Position numbers and translations under genes: made by a program. The notes beneath the pieces were generated by a model, which did no database searches, had not been told where the DNA came from, and saw only the letters and a program-made list of their open reading frames with translations. A stretch of DNA of 60,319 nucleotides, the filler included. It is 3 parts of 3 records of this genome, joined end to end, with 100 filler letters (N's around TTAATTAATTAA, not from the genome) between each part and the next. Parts side by side here need not be neighbours in the genome. Positions count along the whole stretch, not along the records: positions 1 to 23,311 come from SRR22947727_23; 2 more parts are not named here. One strand, given 5' to 3'. This document shows, one piece after another, positions 1-10,136 of this stretch; within the stretch, counting starts at the first letter, position 1; the number at the start of each line of letters is the position of its first letter.

Positions 1-17
1 TCTTTTTTATTTTCCAC
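1..17 (-). CDS. Probable 5' end of the next gene (possibly CobT-like VWA partner of CobS), cut by window edge
   Basis: GTG GAA AAT AAA AAA begins 1 nt after the cobS stop. Identity is inferred only from the usual cobS-cobT order in alphaproteobacteria. Confidence 0.3.
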
Positions 18-18
18 T

Positions 19-996
19 TTATAAAGTGATATTAATAGACGACTCTGGCAAGTCTTCACCAAAACATCTTTGATAATATTCAGATATTATTTTTTTTTCT
101 AACTCGTCACATTTATTTAAAAATGTAATTCTAAATGCATAACCTTGATCTTTAAATATACTTGTATTCTCTGCCCAATGTAAAACAGTTCGAGGACTCA
201 TAACAGTGGAGATATCTCCATTGATAAAGCCCTTTCTTGTTAAATCAGCAACTTTTATCATATTTGATAAAAGTTCTTTTCCTTCTTTATTATTGAAGTC
301 TTTATTTTTTGCTAAAACTATTTCTAATTCTTTTTCAAACGGTAGATAATTCAGCGTAGAAACAATATTCCATCTATCCATCTGACCTTGATTAATTTGC
401 TGAGTACCATGATAAAGGCCAGTAGTATCTCCTAGGCCCACAGTATTTGTTGTTGCAAATATTCTAAAAAAGTCGTGTTGCTCTAGTACTTTATTTTTAT
501 CTAATAACGTAAAATTACCTTCACTCTCCAAAATTCTTTGAATTACAAACATAACATCAGGTCTGCCAGCATCATATTCATCAAATACGAGCGCTATAGG
601 GTTCTGAATTGACCAAGGTAAAATGCCTTCTTTGAATTCTGTAATTTGTTTTCCATCTTTTAAAACGATTGCATCTTTTCCAATTAAATCAATTCTACTT
701 ATGTGGCTATCTAAATTTACCCTGACACAAGGCCAGTTAAGTCTTGCAGCAACTTGTTCTATATGAGTAGATTTTCCTGTTCCATGATAACCTTGGATCA
801 ATACTCTTTTGTTAAAAGAAAATCCAGCCAAAATCGCTAAGGTTGTGTCTTTATCAAATTTATAATCAGGATCTAGCTTTGGTACATATTCATTTTTTTT
901 TGAAAAAGCGTTAACTTTCATATCACTTTCAAAACCAAAAGTTTGTTTTACTGATAATTTAATATCAGGTTTTTGTAGTAATTGTTGTGAACTCAT
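19..996 (-). CDS. cobS: Cobaltochelatase subunit CobS-like AAA+ ATPase (MoxR-related)
   Basis: Walker A GYHGTGKS, Walker [38 protein letters not shown]. Lies next to a J-domain gene and bolA. Confidence 0.93.
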   Translation of the reverse strand: MSSQQLLQKPDIKLSVKQTFGFESDMKVNAFSKKNEYVPKLDPDYKFDKDTTLAILAGFSFNKRVLIQGYHGTGKSTHIEQVAARLNWPCVRVNLDSHISRIDLIGKDAIVLKDGKQITEFKEGILPWSIQNPIALVFDEYDAGRPDVMFVIQRILESEGNFTLLDKNKVLEQHDFFRIFATTNTVGLGDTTGLYHGTQQINQGQMDRWNIVSTLNYLPFEKELEIVLAKNKDFNNKEGKELLSNMIKVADLTRKGFINGDISTVMSPRTVLHWAENTSIFKDQGYAFRITFLNKCDELEKKIISEYYQRCFGEDLPESSINITL

Positions 997-1508
997 TTTT
1001 TTCCTAAAGTTTTTTTTAGCTGACTATAAGCCAAAGTAATTTTTTTTAATTTCTCTTCAAATTTTTTGTTACCTTGGTTTTTATCAGGATGATATTTTTT
1101 TACAAGTTCTTTGAATTTTGTTTGAATTTGATCCCATTTTACCTCTAGATTTAAATCCATTACTTCTAAAGCATCTTTATCTTGTTGCGATACCTTTGTT
1201 TTTTTAAAATCTCTAAAATTTGAACTTTTGAATATATTTAACTTATCATCTAAAGCATTATTCCATAAAATATTAAAAAAATTATCAGAAGATCCAAAAG
1301 TTTTTGTTGATTTGTGCCATGTCAAATCTGACTTTATAAAAAATTCTATTTCTTGATCATTCATATTTTCAAAATAATTCCAATTTTTGTTAAAAATTTT
1401 TATATGATTTAAGCAGAGCAATCTGTATTTTTTGCTGTTATCTTTCTCAACAGGTGCTTTATAAGCTCCAATTTCGCTACAATTATCCCAATCACAAATA
1501 ATTTTCAT
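993..1508 (-). CDS. J-domain (DnaJ-family) protein with N-terminal Cys/His motif
   Basis: C-terminal J domain with KYHPDKN; N-terminal CDWDNC...CLNH. Overlaps cobS by 4 nt. Confidence 0.88.
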   Translation of the reverse strand: MKIICDWDNCSEIGAYKAPVEKDNSKKYRLLCLNHIKIFNKNWNYFENMNDQEIEFFIKSDLTWHKSTKTFGSSDNFFNILWNNALDDKLNIFKSSNFRDFKKTKVSQQDKDALEVMDLNLEVKWDQIQTKFKELVKKYHPDKNQGNKKFEEKLKKITLAYSQLKKTLGKK

Positions 1509-1538
1509 TAAATAATTCTATATAGTAAAACTAAATTA

Positions 1539-1796
1539 ATGAAAAATTATTTTGAAACAATTCAAGCAAAATTGAATAACGAGATAGAAATTGAAAGTAT
1601 TGAAATTGTTGATAATTCACATAAGCACAAGGGTCACAAATTCTTTTCTCCAGAAAAGTACCACTTACATTTAATAATTAAATCTCCATTCTTAAATTCT
1701 GTTTCAAGAGTAAGTGCCCAGAAAATGGTAATGAAAGTTTTAAAAGAGGATCTTAAAACCAAAATACATGCTTTAGAGATCAGTATTGAGAAATAA
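1539..1796 (+). CDS. bolA: BolA-family protein
   Basis: DNSHKHKGH, F..VSRV...MV...L, IHALEI motifs. Confidence 0.9.
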   Translation: MKNYFETIQAKLNNEIEIESIEIVDNSHKHKGHKFFSPEKYHLHLIIKSPFLNSVSRVSAQKMVMKVLKEDLKTKIHALEISIEK

Positions 1797-2891
1797 GCCT
1801 ACTTTTTTTTTTAAATCGTTAATTGTAATTTTATTTCTATTTGGCAAAGCTGTTTTTCCAATATTTTTTAAAAGTATAAAGTTTATCTTATCGTCATTAT
1901 TTTTTTTATCATTTTTAAGATAAGGAATTAATTTGTTAATTGAACTTTCTTTAGAATATTTTTTATAAGTAAAGTCTAACTTATTTTTTTCATAAACATT
2001 TTTAATTTGATTTAAAACTTTTATTGAACAAACTTTTTTTACAACAGAAAGTTTAGCAGCTAAAATCATACCTGATAAAACAGCTTCGCCATGAGTAATA
2101 TTTTTAGAATAATTATTTTTTACTTCAATAGCATGAGCAAAAGTGTGCCCAAAATTTAAAACCATTCTTAAACCTTTTTCATTTATATCTTTATTAACAA
2201 AATAAATCTTAATTTGACAACTTTTTTTGATCGCATAGATCAATTCTTTTTTTCTTTTAGTAAGAATTGACTTAGAATTTTTTTCCAACCAATTAAAAAA
2301 TTTTTTATCTTTTATAATTGAATGCTTTAAAATTTCAGCGTAGCCACAAATCATTTCTTTTTTTGGTAAAGAATTTAGAAATGACGTATCGCTAATAACC
2401 AACTTTGGTTGATAAAAAGAACCTATAAGATTTTTTCCATAAATAGAATTAACTCCAGTTTTTCCACCAATAGCAGAGTCTACTTGAGCAAGAAGGGTCG
2501 TTGGAATATTTATAAAATTTATTCCTCTTTTAAAAATACTTGATATAAAACCAGCAACATCTCCTACAATTCCACCACCAACAGCTATTATTAAATCAGA
2601 TCGGTTTAAGTTTTTTGATAATAACTTATTCAAATAATAATTTACTGCACTTAAAGACTTATTTTTTTCATTAGCATTAAAAGATAAAAATAATAAATTA
2701 TAATCCTTTAGTATATTTTTTAATTTACTTTTAAATTTACGAGGAACATTACCATCTACCAATAAAGCGATATTTTTTGTTTTTGGACATAATAATTTAA
2801 TTTTTTTTGGTAAAATTCTAAGTGTATTTTCACCAATTATAATTGAGTAATTATAGTTTTTATTTTGAAATTTAATTTCCTGATTTTTCAT
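1773..2891 (-). CDS. aroB: 3-dehydroquinate synthase
   Basis: GGGIVGDVAGF, PTTLLAQVDSAIGGKTG, LNFGHTFAHAIE, HGEAV. Confidence 0.97.
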   Translation of the reverse strand: MKNQEIKFQNKNYNYSIIIGENTLRILPKKIKLLCPKTKNIALLVDGNVPRKFKSKLKNILKDYNLLFLSFNANEKNKSLSAVNYYLNKLLSKNLNRSDLIIAVGGGIVGDVAGFISSIFKRGINFINIPTTLLAQVDSAIGGKTGVNSIYGKNLIGSFYQPKLVISDTSFLNSLPKKEMICGYAEILKHSIIKDKKFFNWLEKNSKSILTKRKKELIYAIKKSCQIKIYFVNKDINEKGLRMVLNFGHTFAHAIEVKNNYSKNITHGEAVLSGMILAAKLSVVKKVCSIKVLNQIKNVYEKNKLDFTYKKYSKESSINKLIPYLKNDKKNNDDKINFILLKNIGKTALPNRNKITINDLKKKVGLFLNTDL

Positions 2892-3387
2892 AAAAATTTA
2901 ATATTCTGTTTGCTATCTCTTGTGATTTTAGGGATTTACAACTTATTCTAAAATCAGCTTTATTATAAATTTTTTCTCTGTCGAAATAAATTTTTTTAAC
3001 CACTTCACTCGTTTTTTTTTTAAACAAAAGAGGTCTTTGCTTACTTTTTCCCAATCTTTCAATCAATTTATTTAATGGAAGATCTAACCAAAAACTAACG
3101 GATAGTTTTTTAGCACTTTTCCTTACTGTTTTGTTTAAGAAAGCACCTCCACCTAATGATATCACACAATTATTCTTTTTTAATTCTGATAAAGTTACTT
3201 TGCTTTCAATCGCTCTAAAGTAATCTTCACCTTTGTTTTTAAATATCAAGTTGATCGATAAACCCTCTTTTTGTTCAATTAATTTATCAACATCTATAAA
3301 ACTATATTGAAGTTTTTTAGCAAGGATCTTGCCAATAGTGGATTTTCCAACCCCCATCATACCGGTCAAAGTAAGGTTTTTTCCCAA
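2872..3387 (-). CDS. aroK: Shikimate kinase
   Basis: GMMGVGKST P-loop, GEDYFR, SLGGG, RPLL. TTG start preceded by AAGGAAG. Confidence 0.95.
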   Translation of the reverse strand: MGKNLTLTGMMGVGKSTIGKILAKKLQYSFIDVDKLIEQKEGLSINLIFKNKGEDYFRAIESKVTLSELKKNNCVISLGGGAFLNKTVRKSAKKLSVSFWLDLPLNKLIERLGKSKQRPLLFKKKTSEVVKKIYFDREKIYNKADFRISCKSLKSQEIANRILNFYEKSGN

Positions 3388-3459
3388 ATTAGCTTCCTTT
3401 TTGATTTTGATTTTTCATAAATATGTCTTATTTATTGAGTTTAAATCAATCCATAAAGT

Positions 3460-3639
3460 ATGCAACTTAAATACAATAGACAATCAAGTATAGGCAGTAC
3501 AATAATAAGAACTTTGTTAAAGTTATTTCTGTTAATTGTAATTTTTATTTTTGTAATTTTTTTAATAGAAAAAATAAACTTTCCTAATCCTGAAAAAAAA
3601 TATCAAATTGACGTTACTAATGAAATTAAAAAGCTTTAA
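3460..3639 (+). CDS. Small single-pass membrane protein, 59 aa (not in ORF track)
   Basis: Manual translation MQLKYNRQSSIGSTIIRTLLKLFLLIVIFIFVIFLIEKINFPNPEKKYQIDVTNEIKKL*. One hydrophobic segment; fills the gap and overlaps the next start. Confidence 0.75.
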   Translation: MQLKYNRQSSIGSTIIRTLLKLFLLIVIFIFVIFLIEKINFPNPEKKYQIDVTNEIKKL

Positions 3640-5362
3640 ATATTTTATAGGCTTATTAATCATTTTTTTTTATTCACCTTTATTTAGTGAAGAAAAAATA
3701 GATATTTGGAAGAACAAAAAAGAAATTACAACAAAAAATTCGCAAAACAGTCAAATAAATAAAAAAGGAATCCAGGATACACCCAACTCACAACTCTCTA
3801 AGCCATTAAATGCGGTAGAAAAAATTCAAATTCAAGAAAGTCCTACAATTGGGTCAGGTGAACAAAAAGTTTATGGTCTTTATGAACCAGCAAATTATGA
3901 TTTTGATTTGAATATGTGGTCAACAACAAAAGCTGAAGATTTAAGATTAAGTTTAAAAAGACTTAAGAAAGTCGAGCTTTCTAAATCTTCTAATGAAATA
4001 TTAGAAGCAATTTTATTTTCATTTTCATATCCACCACCCGACATGACAGAAAAAGAATTTGTTGATATAAAAGTTAATTGGTTGATCGAAAATGATCGAG
4101 CAGATTTGATAGAAAGTTTTTTAAAACAAAATGAACAATTTAATAGTAAAAAAAAGGCAGTTGAATATTTAGTTAATAAAAATATTGCAAGTGGAAATAT
4201 TAAAGAAGGGTGTGAAAAAATAAGATTTATTGATGCCAACATTAAAGATGCATATTTAGAAAAATTTAAGATTTATTGTTTAGTTTTTAATAATAAAAAA
4301 CCAGAAGCTCAGCTGTTATTAGATCTTTTGCGTGAACAAAAACAATCAAGTAAATTTTACGATGATAAGATTAATTTTCTTCTTGGTGTAACAGATAAAA
4401 CAAATGATAAAATTAATGAAGAAAGTTTATTAAATTTTTACCTTTCTAGTATTACTAATGTTGATTTTAAATATGAACCTACAAAAAAAACTAAACCAGA
4501 AATATGGACATATTTAAACTCAGCAAATTTAATTAAGCTTGAAGATGCTTCAGATAAAGAAAAATTGAAAGAATTAGAAATAGCAGCAAACAACAATCAA
4601 TTAGATAAAAAAAAAATTTTCGAAATTTATAAACAAATTCCTTTTAATCTAAACAATTTAATAAACGCAAAAAATAATTATCAAACATTAAATGACAGCG
4701 ATGCAAGGGCTTTAATTTACCAAAAATATTTATTATCAGAGTCTAATGATGCAAAAATAGAATATTTATTATTATTAGAAAAATTATTTAAAAAAAATAA
4801 TTACGCTAATATCTACACAAAATTTTTGAGTGATAAAATTGAGGAAATTGGCGTTAAAAACTTGCCAGAAGAATATCAAGAGACTGCTGCTGGAAAAATT
4901 GTTACCAATGAGGAACTGCTGTTAGGAAAAATTAAATACAATGATAAAGTTTTACATCAATCAAAAATTTTAAAGTACTATGTTGAAGGGGGAGATAAAA
5001 CAAAAATCCAAAAAGATATAAATAAAATTTTTAAAAAACTAACCAAAAATAATAAATATTTTATTTCTGCAAAAGATTTAGCTTTAGCAGACGCTCTTCT
5101 TAAAGATGGCTTTTCGTTACCATCAAATTTTAAATACAATGAGCTTATAAAACCAATAAATGTCCCAAATAACTTATTAAAGCTAGTTGATAATGATCAA
5201 AAAGCCTTTTTAGCATTAAAAATAGTAGAAATCATTGGCGAAGATGAACCTTACCAATTAGATTCAGAAACTATATTTTTTTTAACAAATCTTTTAAACA
5301 AAATGAACCTAGTGACCTTAAGAAATAAAGTTTTAAATTCTGCCCTACCATTAAGAACTTAA
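3620..5362 (+). CDS. Exported/periplasmic helical hypothetical protein
   Basis: Long ORF. ATG at 3620 gives a signal-peptide-like N-terminus (MKLKSFKYFIGLLIIFFYSPLFS). No catalytic motif recognised. Confidence 0.8.
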   Translation: MKLKSFKYFIGLLIIFFYSPLFSEEKIDIWKNKKEITTKNSQNSQINKKGIQDTPNSQLSKPLNAVEKIQIQESPTIGSGEQKVYGLYEPANYDFDLNMWSTTKAEDLRLSLKRLKKVELSKSSNEILEAILFSFSYPPPDMTEKEFVDIKVNWLIENDRADLIESFLKQNEQFNSKKKAVEYLVNKNIASGNIKEGCEKIRFIDANIKDAYLEKFKIYCLVFNNKKPEAQLLLDLLREQKQSSKFYDDKINFLLGVTDKTNDKINEESLLNFYLSSITNVDFKYEPTKKTKPEIWTYLNSANLIKLEDASDKEKLKELEIAANNNQLDKKKIFEIYKQIPFNLNNLINAKNNYQTLNDSDARALIYQKYLLSESNDAKIEYLLLLEKLFKKNNYANIYTKFLSDKIEEIGVKNLPEEYQETAAGKIVTNEELLLGKIKYNDKVLHQSKILKYYVEGGDKTKIQKDINKIFKKLTKNNKYFISAKDLALADALLKDGFSLPSNFKYNELIKPINVPNNLLKLVDNDQKAFLALKIVEIIGEDEPYQLDSETIFFLTNLLNKMNLVTLRNKVLNSALPLRT

Positions 5363-5379
5363 TTAAAATATAATTAATT

Positions 5380-5904
5380 ATGTCTAAAAGAGAAATTGTA
5401 ACTGAACCAGATCCAATTTTAAGAAAAAAAAGTGAAAATTTAGAGAAAGTTGATGATGAACTTAGAAGTTTATTAGATGATATGCTGGAAACAATGTATT
5501 CAGCGCCAGGAATTGGTCTTGCAGCGGTTCAGATAGGAATTTTGAAACGTTTAATTGTAATTGATATTTCCAAAGAAAAAGAAAAAAAAAATCCACTTTT
5601 CCTAATTAATCCTGAAATTATTTCAAAATCTAAAAATACTTCAATCTATGAGGAGGGGTGTTTATCTCTACCGGGTCATTACGCGGAAATCGAGAGACCA
5701 ACAGAATGTCATATAAAGTATGTTGATTACAATGGAACAGAAAAAGAAATTAGAGCAAATGGCCTTTTATCTACTTGCATACAACATGAAGTAGATCATC
5801 TTAATGGGATATTATTTATTGACTATTTATCTAAATTAAAAAAAGACATGATTGTAAAAAAATTAGTAAAACATAAAAAAGAATTGAATAAAATCATTTT
5901 ATAA
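5380..5904 (+). CDS. def: Peptide deformylase
   Basis: GIGLAAVQIG, EGCLSLP, QHEVDHLNG. Confidence 0.98.
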   Translation: MSKREIVTEPDPILRKKSENLEKVDDELRSLLDDMLETMYSAPGIGLAAVQIGILKRLIVIDISKEKEKKNPLFLINPEIISKSKNTSIYEEGCLSLPGHYAEIERPTECHIKYVDYNGTEKEIRANGLLSTCIQHEVDHLNGILFIDYLSKLKKDMIVKKLVKHKKELNKIIL

Positions 5905-5910
5905 AACTAG

Positions 5911-6837
5911 ATGGCTTTAAAAATAATTTTTATGGGAACACCAGACTTTGCTGTACCTATACTGAAGTCAATTTATGAGTCAAAACATAAAATTTTAGAA
6001 GTTTATACTCAGCCTCCTACAAAAAAAAATAGAGGTTTAAAAATACAAAACTCACCTATTCATGATTTTGCTAATAAATTAAATATTCCAGTACGCTATC
6101 CAATTTCTTTTAAAGATGATATCGAGATTGAACATATCAAAACAATAAATCCAGATATTATTATAGTAGTAGCTTACGGTAAAATTTTACCTGAAGCGCT
6201 ATTAAAAATAGAAAAAGTTTTATTCATAAATATTCATGCTTCTTTACTACCAAAGTGGAGGGGAGCTGCTCCCATACAAAGAGCAATTATGAATAGTGAT
6301 AGCGAAACAGGTTTATCAATAATGAAAGTAGAACCTAAGTTAGATACAGGACCAATTTTAATACAATCTAAAATAAAAATTACAAAAGAAATTAATTATG
6401 AGGAACTAAGTTCTCAAATGTCAAAATTAGGTGCAAAATTAATTTTAGAAGCTTTAGATTTAATTGAAAATGGTAAAGCTGAATTTATTCCTCAAAACGA
6501 AAAAGACGCAACCTACGCAAAAAAGATAGAAAAAAGTGAGTCAAAAATAAATTGGAACTTAGAAGCAAAAAAAATAGTTGCTAAAATTAATGCTCTTCAT
6601 CCAAACCCAGGCTCTTGGTTTCAGCTTAAGGGGTTAAGAATAAAAATAATAAAGGCTATTGAAATAAAAGCAAAAGGGGAACCTGGAGAAATAATTAATG
6701 AAGACCTTACAATCGCATGCTATCATAATGCAGTTAAAATTTTAGAGCTTAAAAAAGAGGGTAAAAAGAAAATGACAACAGCTGAATTTCTTAGAGGAAA
6801 AAAGATTGAAGTCGGATCAAATATTATTGATGTATAA
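5911..6837 (+). CDS. fmt: Methionyl-tRNA formyltransferase
   Basis: IFMGTPDFA, NIHASLLPKWRGAAPIQRAI, LDTGPI. Follows def. Confidence 0.98.
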   Translation: MALKIIFMGTPDFAVPILKSIYESKHKILEVYTQPPTKKNRGLKIQNSPIHDFANKLNIPVRYPISFKDDIEIEHIKTINPDIIIVVAYGKILPEALLKIEKVLFINIHASLLPKWRGAAPIQRAIMNSDSETGLSIMKVEPKLDTGPILIQSKIKITKEINYEELSSQMSKLGAKLILEALDLIENGKAEFIPQNEKDATYAKKIEKSESKINWNLEAKKIVAKINALHPNPGSWFQLKGLRIKIIKAIEIKAKGEPGEIINEDLTIACYHNAVKILELKKEGKKKMTTAEFLRGKKIEVGSNIIDV

Positions 6838-7570
6838 TTATTTAATCAAGATTGAATATAAAGGCACTAATTTTGTAGGATGGCAATATCAAAAAAATGG
6901 AGTTTCAATTCAAGAAAAGATAGAGAAAGCTTTAAAAAAAATTTTAAAATCAAAAATTAAAATTATTGGAGCCGGTAGAACTGATGCTGGGGTACATGCT
7001 TTAGGTCAATTTGCAAATTTTACTGTAAATAAAAAAATTGAAAATAAAAATAAATTCTTAAATTCTATTAATTTTTTCTTACAAAAAAACTTAATATCAA
7101 TAATAAATATTAACAATAAGAAAAAAGAATTTCATTCAAGATATAGCGCGAAAGAGAGAATCTATGAATATCAAATTATAAATAGACCAAGCTGTTTATC
7201 ATTAGATAGAGACACAGCATGGCACGTAAAAAAAAAAATTGATATAAGTCTTCTTAAAAAGGGAGCGAAAATTCTAGAAGGAAAACATGATTTTTCAACA
7301 TATAGAGCATCCTCTTGTTCAGCTAAATCCCCTGTAAAAAAAATGAATTGGATTAAAATCAAAAAAAATGGTGATAAAATTTTTATTAAGTTTAGCTCAA
7401 AGTCATTCTTGCAGAACCAAGTTAGATCTATGGTTGGATGTTTGCATTACTTGGCGATTAATAGATGGAGTTTAAATAATTTTAAAAAATCTTTTAAATC
7501 AAAAAAAAGAGCAGCGTGCGCACCCCCAGCGCCAGCCTGTGGTCTGTATCTCTATAACATTAAATATTAA
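6830..7570 (+). CDS. truA: tRNA pseudouridine(38-40) synthase
   Basis: IEYKGTNFVGWQ, GAGRTDAGVHA, FLQNQVRSMVG, APACGLYL. ATG at 6830 preferred over the track's TTG. Confidence 0.96.
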   Translation: MYNYLIKIEYKGTNFVGWQYQKNGVSIQEKIEKALKKILKSKIKIIGAGRTDAGVHALGQFANFTVNKKIENKNKFLNSINFFLQKNLISIININNKKKEFHSRYSAKERIYEYQIINRPSCLSLDRDTAWHVKKKIDISLLKKGAKILEGKHDFSTYRASSCSAKSPVKKMNWIKIKKNGDKIFIKFSSKSFLQNQVRSMVGCLHYLAINRWSLNNFKKSFKSKKRAACAPPAPACGLYLYNIKY

Positions 7571-7578
7571 AAAAAATT

Positions 7579-8334
7579 TTACTTGAATCCATATTTTTTT
7601 AGCGAGTTAATTGAAATTAGAAACAAAGATTTTAAGTTTTTAAAAAAATTTAGGTTGTTTAAATTTTTATTAATATACCAAAGCCAGTATAAATTTTTCA
7701 ATTTATTACTTGTCATCGATCCTTTTGTAATTCTATAGAAAGTACTATTTTCACTGAATTTTATTGCTTCATTAGTTTTTTTTAATATTTTACACTTAAA
7801 AGAAAAATCCTCTAAATTTTCTATTTTTGGAAATTTAATTGGACCAATTATTTTTCTAGATAGAATCATACAGCTTGTGCCTATTGAACTGTTATTAATA
7901 AATTCTTCGTAATTAAATGATTGAGGAGTCCATATTCTTCTTTTAAAAATTCTTTTTTTTTTATCAAAAAATGGAGTGTAGTCAGTATATGTAAAATCAT
8001 AATTATTTTTTTCCATAAAATCTATTTGATTTTGCAGCTTGTTTTTTGTCCACAGGTCATCAGCATCAATAAATGATATATATTTTGAGTTAGTCAGCCT
8101 CATTCCGAGATTTCTAGAAAAAGAAACACCCATATTTTTTTTTAAAAAATAAGAATGTATTTTTTTATGTGTATTATATTTATTTATAATTTGTTTTGAA
8201 TTATCAGTTGAGCAGTTGTCAATAATAATTAATTTCCAATCATTAAAAGTTTGATCAGTTACTGAATTGATTGTTTCCTCTAAGTATTTTTCTTTATTGT
8301 AGTTAGGTAAAATAATATCCAGTTTAAATTTCAT
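7579..8334 (-). CDS. GT2-family glycosyltransferase (TuaG-like)
   Basis: IILPNYN, IIIDNCSTDNS, SRNLG, FIDADDLW, ED motif. Confidence 0.9.
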   Translation of the reverse strand: MKFKLDIILPNYNKEKYLEETINSVTDQTFNDWKLIIIDNCSTDNSKQIINKYNTHKKIHSYFLKKNMGVSFSRNLGMRLTNSKYISFIDADDLWTKNKLQNQIDFMEKNNYDFTYTDYTPFFDKKKRIFKRRIWTPQSFNYEEFINNSSIGTSCMILSRKIIGPIKFPKIENLEDFSFKCKILKKTNEAIKFSENSTFYRITKGSMTSNKLKNLYWLWYINKNLNNLNFFKNLKSLFLISINSLKKYGFK

Positions 8335-8349
8335 TTAAGTTGAAATGTT

Positions 8350-9423
8350 TTACCTTAATTTTGATTTTTTCATATATTGATCAATTTGATCAATAGTTGC
8401 TTTAGAGGGAGATTTTTTTTTATTAACTACGTCGTAATACCATTTAATAGTATTATGTATGCCTTCTTTTGAGCTGAAGGAGGCTCTCCACTTTAAAGTT
8501 TTTTTAGCTTTATTAATATTTAATGTTAAATTTTTGTGTTCTTTAAACTTTATTTTCTGTTTGATTTTAAACTTACCTTTACCCCAAAAATTGATAATTA
8601 GTTTAACTACCTTCATAACAGTTATTTTATTGTTTGTTTCTGGACCAAAATTCCAATCAGAAGAAAATTTTTTTGGATTTTTAACCTGATTTTTGGCTAG
8701 CAACAGGTAACCCTTCAGGGGTTCCAAAACATGCTGCCAAGGTCTTATATAATTGGGATTTCGCACTATAATTGTCTGATTTGCTCTTATTGACTTGATG
8801 CAATCTGGGACCAATCTGTTATCTGACCAATCTCCGCCGCCAATAACATTTCCAGCTCTTGCGCTGGATATATAACAATTTTTTTTTAATGTTTTATAAA
8901 TTTCTCTATAAGATTTTATGACTAATTCTGCTGAAGCTTTAGATAGACTGTAGGGATCTTTTCCACCCAATCTATCTGTTTCTTTAAAATTCTTATTTTT
9001 ATTAGTATTTTCATAAACTTTATCAGTTGTTATGCATACTATTGATTTAACTGAATCACATTTTTTAGCAGCTTCAAGCACATTAAGAGTTCCTTTGAAA
9101 TTTACATCAAAAGTGTACATGGGTCTTTGATAAGAGTCATAGACTAGTGGTTGAGCGGCTAGATGAAAAATAATTTCAGGTTTGTTTTTTTTTATAAAGT
9201 TATTTAATTTATCAAAATCTCTAATGTCAAACAATTTTAAATTAATCTTTTTTTGTAAATTTAAGCTGTAGAATAATTTTTTATTTTTATTAGGACTATA
9301 ACCAGTTCCATAAACTTTTGCTTTTAATTTTAAAAGCCATTTACACAACCATGATCCTTTAAACCCAGTCACGCCAGTAACTAGAATTTTTTTGTTTTGG
9401 TAAAAACTAGTTAGGTTTTCCAT
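8350..9423 (-). CDS. rfbG: CDP-glucose 4,6-dehydratase
   Basis: VTGVTGFKGSWL, HLAAQPLV, TTDKVY, DPYSLSK, RAGNVIGGGDW, RPWQHVLEPL. Confidence 0.95.
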   Translation of the reverse strand: MENLTSFYQNKKILVTGVTGFKGSWLCKWLLKLKAKVYGTGYSPNKNKKLFYSLNLQKKINLKLFDIRDFDKLNNFIKKNKPEIIFHLAAQPLVYDSYQRPMYTFDVNFKGTLNVLEAAKKCDSVKSIVCITTDKVYENTNKNKNFKETDRLGGKDPYSLSKASAELVIKSYREIYKTLKKNCYISSARAGNVIGGGDWSDNRLVPDCIKSIRANQTIIVRNPNYIRPWQHVLEPLKGYLLLAKNQVKNPKKFSSDWNFGPETNNKITVMKVVKLIINFWGKGKFKIKQKIKFKEHKNLTLNINKAKKTLKWRASFSSKEGIHNTIKWYYDVVNKKKSPSKATIDQIDQYMKKSKLR

Positions 9424-10136
9424 GGAGCTTTTTTATTTTTTAACATACCTGACAGATATTTTTTATCTCTCATTGTATCCATACATTGCCAAAATTTATT
9501 ATGTTTAAAAGCCATTAGCTCACCCTTTTTTGACAATATTTCTAAGGGACTCTTTTCTAAAATCGTCTTGTCGTTTCTGATATATTTAAATATTTTTGTA
9601 TTAAAAACAAAAAAACCACCATTTATCCAACTTTTTGTTGCGACAGGTTTTTCCTCAAATTTTTTTACCTTATTTGCACTTAAATCAAGTTCTCCATATC
9701 GTGCAGGTGGCCTCACTGCAGTGACTGTAGCAATTTTTCCATGAGAAAGATGAAAATTATATAGTTTTTTTAAGTTTTGATTACTTAAGCCATCTCCATA
9801 AGTAAGCATAAAATTTTCTTTATTTTTAAAATATTTTTTTAACCTCAACAATCTACCACCCGTCATAGTTTTTAATCCGGTATTAATTGTTAAAATAGAA
9901 ATATTTTTAATTTTTTTTTTTTTAAAATAACTTTTTATTACATTTCCTTTATAGCCAGCGGCTAATAAAAAATTTTTAAAGTCATATTTTCTATATAAAT
10001 TCAATATATGTACTAAGATTGGTTCATTATCTATTTTAATCATTGGTTTTGGTTTGTTTTTAGTTTCTTCGAAGATTCTAGTTCCCAATCCTCCACATAA
10101 GATTACAATTTTGACTTTATTTAAATTATTTTCCAT
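9411..10136 (-). CDS. rfbF: Glucose-1-phosphate cytidylyltransferase
   Basis: LCGGLGTRI.EET..KPKPM, TMTGGRL, LTYGDG, WINGGFF, FWQCMDTMRD, APWK. Directly upstream of rfbG. Confidence 0.93.
   Translation of the reverse strand: MENNLNKVKIVILCGGLGTRIFEETKNKPKPMIKIDNEPILVHILNLYRKYDFKNFLLAAGYKGNVIKSYFKKKKIKNISILTINTGLKTMTGGRLLRLKKYFKNKENFMLTYGDGLSNQNLKKLYNFHLSHGKIATVTAVRPPARYGELDLSANKVKKFEEKPVATKSWINGGFFVFNTKIFKYIRNDKTILEKSPLEILSKKGELMAFKHNKFWQCMDTMRDKKYLSGMLKNKKAPWKT

Noticed and set aside
1773-1796. Convergent 24-nt overlap of bolA and aroB
   Set aside because: Ordinary compaction in a streamlined genome.
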